19,825 nt of DNA from Chlamydiota bacterium (GTDB lineage: Bacteria > Auribacterota > Tritonobacteria > UBA1439), in contig JBAXOY010000053.1 in assembly GCA_037133055.1 (NCBI GenBank), forward strand, positions 1 to 19,825. The letters are read 5' to 3'. The position numbers and the translations under genes are program-made. Positions 16,383 to 19,825 of this stretch are shown here, in pieces. How positions within the stretch are numbered: the stretch's first letter is position 1; each line of letters starts with the position of its first letter. The notes under the pieces are model-generated. The model was not told the origin of the DNA. It searched no databases and saw nothing but the letters and a program-made list of their open reading frames with translations.

Positions 16383-16470
16383 GGGTTCAGGGCTCAAAAG
16401 GCAGGGTTCGGGGTTCAGGATAGAGGAGATTCGACGGCTCGTCGTACTTTGATTCCTGAACGCTGAACTC
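16383..16470. repeat. Degenerate heptamer tandem repeats (GGGTTCA) with an inverted partner (TGAACNC)
   Basis: GGGTTCA GGGCTCA AAAGGCA GGGTTCG GGGTTCA at 16383-16417; TCC TGAACGC TGAACTC at 16454-16470. Confidence 0.6.
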
Positions 16471-16484
16471 TCGGATTGTACGCC

Positions 16485-17279
16485 ATGACCGATCTCGTGG
16501 GACTCACTGTCAGGGAGATCGAGGAACGGTTCCTCCGGCGCCCGGAACCGCCCTCCGCGGGGGAGCTCGCCTCCCTCGACGCGGATCCCCGCGCGGGCGC
16601 CCGCCGCGTCGCCGCGTCGCTCCGCCGCCGCACGGCGGAGCGGGAGCGCGAGTCGCGCCGCATCGAGGAGATGCTCGCGCGCGAGAAGGCCCTCTGGGCG
16701 AGCGGCATCTCCTACATTGCGGGGGTGGACGAGGTCGGGGTGGGCCCCTTCGCCGGCCCCGTCGTCGCAGCCGCCGTGGTGTTCGCGCCGGGCGTGCGCA
16801 TCCCGGGCATCCGGGACTCGAAGCAGCTCGACCACGGCCGCCGCGTCGCCCTCGACGCGCTCATCAGGAAGGCCGCGCTCGGCATCGGCATCGGCGCCGT
16901 CGAGCCCGAAGAGATCGACCGCCTGAACATCCTCCGCGCCTCGCTCAAGGCGATGCGCCTCGCGCTCCTCGGCGTGGACCTTCATGTCGAGCACGTCCTC
17001 GTCGACGCGCGGGCCATCCCCGGCATCGGCATCCCGCAGGAGGCGATCATCGGCGGCGACGCGCTCATCTTCTCGATCGCGGCGGCGTCCATCGTCGCGA
17101 AGGTGCACCGCGATGCCCTGATGCGGGCCTACGACGCCGAATACCCCGAGTACGGGTTCGCGCGCCACAAGGGCTACGGCACCGAGGAGCACATCCGGGC
17201 CATCAGGGAGCACGGCCGGTGCCCGATTCATCGGAAGTCTTTTGAGTGGAGAAGCGCGTTCCTGAACCCTGAACACTGA
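16485..17279 (+). CDS. rnhB: Ribonuclease HII with N-terminal helical extension
   Basis: IAGVDEVG.GPFAGPVVAAAV, DSKQL, EIDRLNILRAS, VLVDA, SIAAASIVAKV.RD, YGF..HKGYGT..H, CPIHRKSF; start position uncertain (no strong SD). Confidence 0.93.
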   Translation: MTDLVGLTVREIEERFLRRPEPPSAGELASLDADPRAGARRVAASLRRRTAERERESRRIEEMLAREKALWASGISYIAGVDEVGVGPFAGPVVAAAVVFAPGVRIPGIRDSKQLDHGRRVALDALIRKAALGIGIGAVEPEEIDRLNILRASLKAMRLALLGVDLHVEHVLVDARAIPGIGIPQEAIIGGDALIFSIAAASIVAKVHRDALMRAYDAEYPEYGFARHKGYGTEEHIRAIREHGRCPIHRKSFEWRSAFLNPEH

Positions 17280-17294
17280 ACCCTTCAGGTGCAC

Positions 17295-17726
17295 ATGCCC
17301 TACCGGTACCTCGAGCACATCGGCGATGCGGCGATCGAGGGGAGCGGGAGCACCCTCGAGAAGGCGTTCACCGGGGCGGCGGAGGCCATGCTCGGGCTCA
17401 TGGTGCGCGGCCCGGCGACCGCAGCGCCGGGGCGCCGCGTCGCCATCGAGGCGCCCGCTGCGTCTCGCGAAGAGCTCCTCGTCGTGTTTCTGAACGAGCT
17501 GCTCGCGCGGCAGGGCCTCCTCGGCCTTGTATTCTTCCGCTGCGCGGTGAAGGAGATCGCCCGGTCCAAAGGCGCGGGCTTCCTGCTGAAGGCGGAGGCG
17601 GAGGGCCTTCCGCCGGCGGCGCTCGAGGGCAGGCTCAGGGCGGAGGTGAAGGCCGCCTCGTACATGGGGCTTAAGGTCGGGGAGAGCGGCGGGCGGTTCA
17701 CCGCCCGCTGCGTCCTCGACCTGTAA
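17295..17726 (+). CDS. Archease (RtcB cofactor)
   Basis: YRYLEH..D..IE..G.TLE.AF..AA.AM; EELLV.FLNELL; EVKAASY.GLKV; C-terminal VLDL; 143 aa; located upstream of rtcB. Confidence 0.88.
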   Translation: MPYRYLEHIGDAAIEGSGSTLEKAFTGAAEAMLGLMVRGPATAAPGRRVAIEAPAASREELLVVFLNELLARQGLLGLVFFRCAVKEIARSKGAGFLLKAEAEGLPPAALEGRLRAEVKAASYMGLKVGESGGRFTARCVLDL

Positions 17727-17744
17727 CCGGAAGGAGGAGACGGC

Positions 17745-18191
17745 ATGATCGTCCACTACAGAAAGAGCCAGGTCAGCAACGTGATCGTCGCGGCGACGGG
17801 GGCGGGCATCATCATCCTGGGCAACATCATGTGGGCGTTCGGGTGCATGTGCTCGCTCTGGGCAGTGATCGTCCTGCTCGCCATCGCGATGACGCTCTTC
17901 GGCGTGCTCACGATCGAGGTCGGGGAGGACGCGGTGACAGCGCAGTTCGGCCCCGGTCTCCTGAAGAGGAGGATTCCGCTCCGGGAGATCCGGTACGTCC
18001 GTCCGATGGAAATCCCCTGGTACTTCGGCTGGGGCGTCAAGTGGATACCCCGCGGGTGGATGTTCCGCGGCTCGGGCATCGCCGTTGTCGAGATCGGGCT
18101 CGACGACGGCAGGCGATTCTGCATCGGCACGCCCGAGCCGAACGAGGTCACGCGGGCCATCCAGGCGGCGATGGGGCAGGTCAATGGGTGA
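17745..18191 (+). CDS. Small membrane protein with two N-terminal TM helices and a PH-like beta domain
   Basis: AAGGAGGAG SD; two hydrophobic stretches; L.IEV…FGPG..KRRIPL.EI, GWG…W, G..F.IGT.EP pattern; 3' end overlaps the rtcB start by 8 bp. Confidence 0.75.
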   Translation: MIVHYRKSQVSNVIVAATGAGIIILGNIMWAFGCMCSLWAVIVLLAIAMTLFGVLTIEVGEDAVTAQFGPGLLKRRIPLREIRYVRPMEIPWYFGWGVKWIPRGWMFRGSGIAVVEIGLDDGRRFCIGTPEPNEVTRAIQAAMGQVNG

Positions 18192-19644
18192 CCGGGTCGA
18201 GGTGCGGCAGGTCTCCGAGTTCGTCTGGGAGATTCCGAGGAGCGGCGAGATGCGCGTCCCCGGGAGGATCTACGGCGACCGCGCGATTATCGACCAGCTC
18301 CTCGCGGACCAGCCGAAGGCGCGCGAGTGGAACGCCCTCCTCCAGGTGAAGAACGTCGCCTGCCTGCCGGGCATCCAGAACTACTCCCTCGCGATGGCCG
18401 ACATCCACCCCGGCTACGGCTTTCCGATCGGCGGCGTGGGGGCCTTCGACACGAGGGACGGCGTCGTGAGCGTGGCGGGCGTGGGGTTCGACTGCAACTG
18501 CGGCGTCCGCGCGCTCGTGGCGCCGCTCACACGGGCCGAGGTCGAGAAAAGAAAGGCCGAGCTCGCCGAGGCGCTCTTCCGCGGCGTTCCCGCAGGGCTC
18601 GGCTCGGAGGGGGATTTCAGGCTGAACCGGAGGGAGATCGACGACGTGCTGACGAGCGGGGCGGAGTTTCCCGTCCGGCGCGGCTACGGCACGGAGGCGG
18701 ACCTCGAGTACATCGAGGAACGTGGCTGCGTGCGGGGCGCGGACCCCGCGCGGGTGAGCGACAGGGCGAAGGATCGGCAGTTCCGCCAGGTCGGAACGCT
18801 CGGGTCGGGGAACCACTACCTCGAGGTGCAGTACGTGGACGAGGTCTACGACGGGGATGCCGCGCGCGCCTTCGGCATCGCGTGCGACGCGGTCCTCGTC
18901 TCCATCCACACGGGGAGCCGGGCGCTCGGGCACCAGATCGGCACCGACTATCTCCCGAAGCTGAAGGCCGCAAGCCGGAAGTACGATCTCCCGGTCCGCG
19001 AGCAGGAGCTCGTCTGCGCCCCGATCGAGAGCCCCGAGGGGCGCGAGTACCTCTCCGCGGTATTCTGCGGCATCAACTGCGCCTTCGCCAACCGACAGGC
19101 GATATCCCACCTCGCGCGACGCTGTTTCGTCGGCGTGTTCGGGATCGCGTCGCAATCCATCCGCGTCCTCTACGACGTCGGGCACAATACCGCGAAGCTC
19201 GAGCGCCACCGCGTGAGCGGGGTGGAGAAGACTCTCCTCGTCCACCGGAAGGGCGCGACGAGGGCCTTCCCGGCGAAGAGCCCGGGGCTGCCCGCGGCGT
19301 ACCGGGCCGTCGGGCAGCCGGTGCTCGTCGGGGGGACGATGGGAACCTGCTCCTACATCCTCACGGGGACCGAGAAGGGGATGGCGGAGACGTTCGGGAG
19401 CGCGGTCCACGGCGCGGGGCGCCTGAAATCGCGCACCCAGGCGATGAGGGAGTACCGGGCGGAACGGGTCATCGGCGAGCTCCGGGCGCGGGGCATCATC
19501 GTGAAGGCGCACAGCACGGCCGGGACCGCCGAGGAGGCGCCGGGTGCCTACAAGGACGTGGCGCAGGTCGTGGACGTGATGGAGGGGGCCGGCGTGAACA
19601 GGAAGGTCGCGCGCCTGCGGCCGCTGATCTGCATCAAGGGCTGA
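18184..19644 (+). CDS. rtcB: RtcB family RNA-splicing/repair ligase (3'-phosphate/5'-OH), long archease-associated type (486 aa)
   Basis: MRVPGRIY, NVACLPGI, MADIHPGYGFPIGGV, GVGFDCNCGVR, GTLGSGNHYLEVQ, HTGSR, YDVGHN.AK, HRKGATR, HGAGR, EEAPGAYKD, IKG*; ATG at 18184. Confidence 0.96.
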   Translation: MGDRVEVRQVSEFVWEIPRSGEMRVPGRIYGDRAIIDQLLADQPKAREWNALLQVKNVACLPGIQNYSLAMADIHPGYGFPIGGVGAFDTRDGVVSVAGVGFDCNCGVRALVAPLTRAEVEKRKAELAEALFRGVPAGLGSEGDFRLNRREIDDVLTSGAEFPVRRGYGTEADLEYIEERGCVRGADPARVSDRAKDRQFRQVGTLGSGNHYLEVQYVDEVYDGDAARAFGIACDAVLVSIHTGSRALGHQIGTDYLPKLKAASRKYDLPVREQELVCAPIESPEGREYLSAVFCGINCAFANRQAISHLARRCFVGVFGIASQSIRVLYDVGHNTAKLERHRVSGVEKTLLVHRKGATRAFPAKSPGLPAAYRAVGQPVLVGGTMGTCSYILTGTEKGMAETFGSAVHGAGRLKSRTQAMREYRAERVIGELRARGIIVKAHSTAGTAEEAPGAYKDVAQVVDVMEGAGVNRKVARLRPLICIKG

Positions 19645-19647
19645 TTT

Positions 19648-19695
19648 AGTCCAACCTCGTAGGTTGGCCTTCGGGCCAACCTACGAGGTTGGACT
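19648..19695. repeat. Perfect 22-bp inverted repeat with c(TTCG)g loop directly after rtcB (terminator or REP doublet)
   Basis: AGTCCAACCTCGTAGGTTGGCC-TTCG-GGCCAACCTACGAGGTTGGACT. Confidence 0.85.
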
Positions 19696-19698
19696 TTC

Positions 19699-19825
19699 CG
19701 GGGGGGGGGGGGGCCCACCTTAAAAGGGGGGAGCGGGGGGGAAAGGGGGGGGGGGGGCCCGGCGGAGTTTTTCGGGGGGGGTTCCGGGTGCAAAGGTGGG
19801 AGGACCCACCTCGGGACCCCCGTCC
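19699..19825. other. Low-complexity poly-G tail, probably unreliable sequence at a contig end
   Basis: Several long G homopolymers unlike the rest of the window, starting just after a strong hairpin. Confidence 0.6.

Noticed and set aside
19699..19825. Functional G-quadruplex or the minus-strand ORF 19548-19793
   Set aside because: G homopolymers at the window end after a strong hairpin are more simply explained as low-quality sequence.

Overview
GC-rich bacterial DNA (sigma70-like promoters, GGAGG Shine-Dalgarno sites) in two parts. (1) 1-12,933: a same-strand array of seven predicted secreted proteins, interrupted once by cobO/btuR. Their N-terminal modules are variable: a KP-43-like S8 protease, an 8-bladed PQQ-type beta-propeller, a second S8 protease, an uncharacterised SGNH-like domain, two paralogous GATase1-like domains, and one gene truncated by the window edge. 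Each is fused, often through Pro/Thr linkers, to a ~120-aa C-terminal domain (CTD) that I cannot assign to a named family and that occurs in two related subtypes. CTD-coding DNA plus downstream intergenic DNA is homogenised between genes (an apparently exact 465-bp duplicate; a near-identical ~375-bp duplicate). Behind three genes sit a 28-bp palindrome and orphan in-frame copies of the last 9 CTD codons plus stop. This suggests a lineage-specific C-terminal sorting/anchoring system on a recombining cassette-like array, the best candidate for an undescribed system here. (2) 13,118-19,644: housekeeping genes: pckG divergent from apgM-rnhB-archease-small membrane protein-rtcB, followed by a perfect 22-bp hairpin and a poly-G tail of doubtful quality. 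All assignments come from motif recognition by eye; no searches were run.
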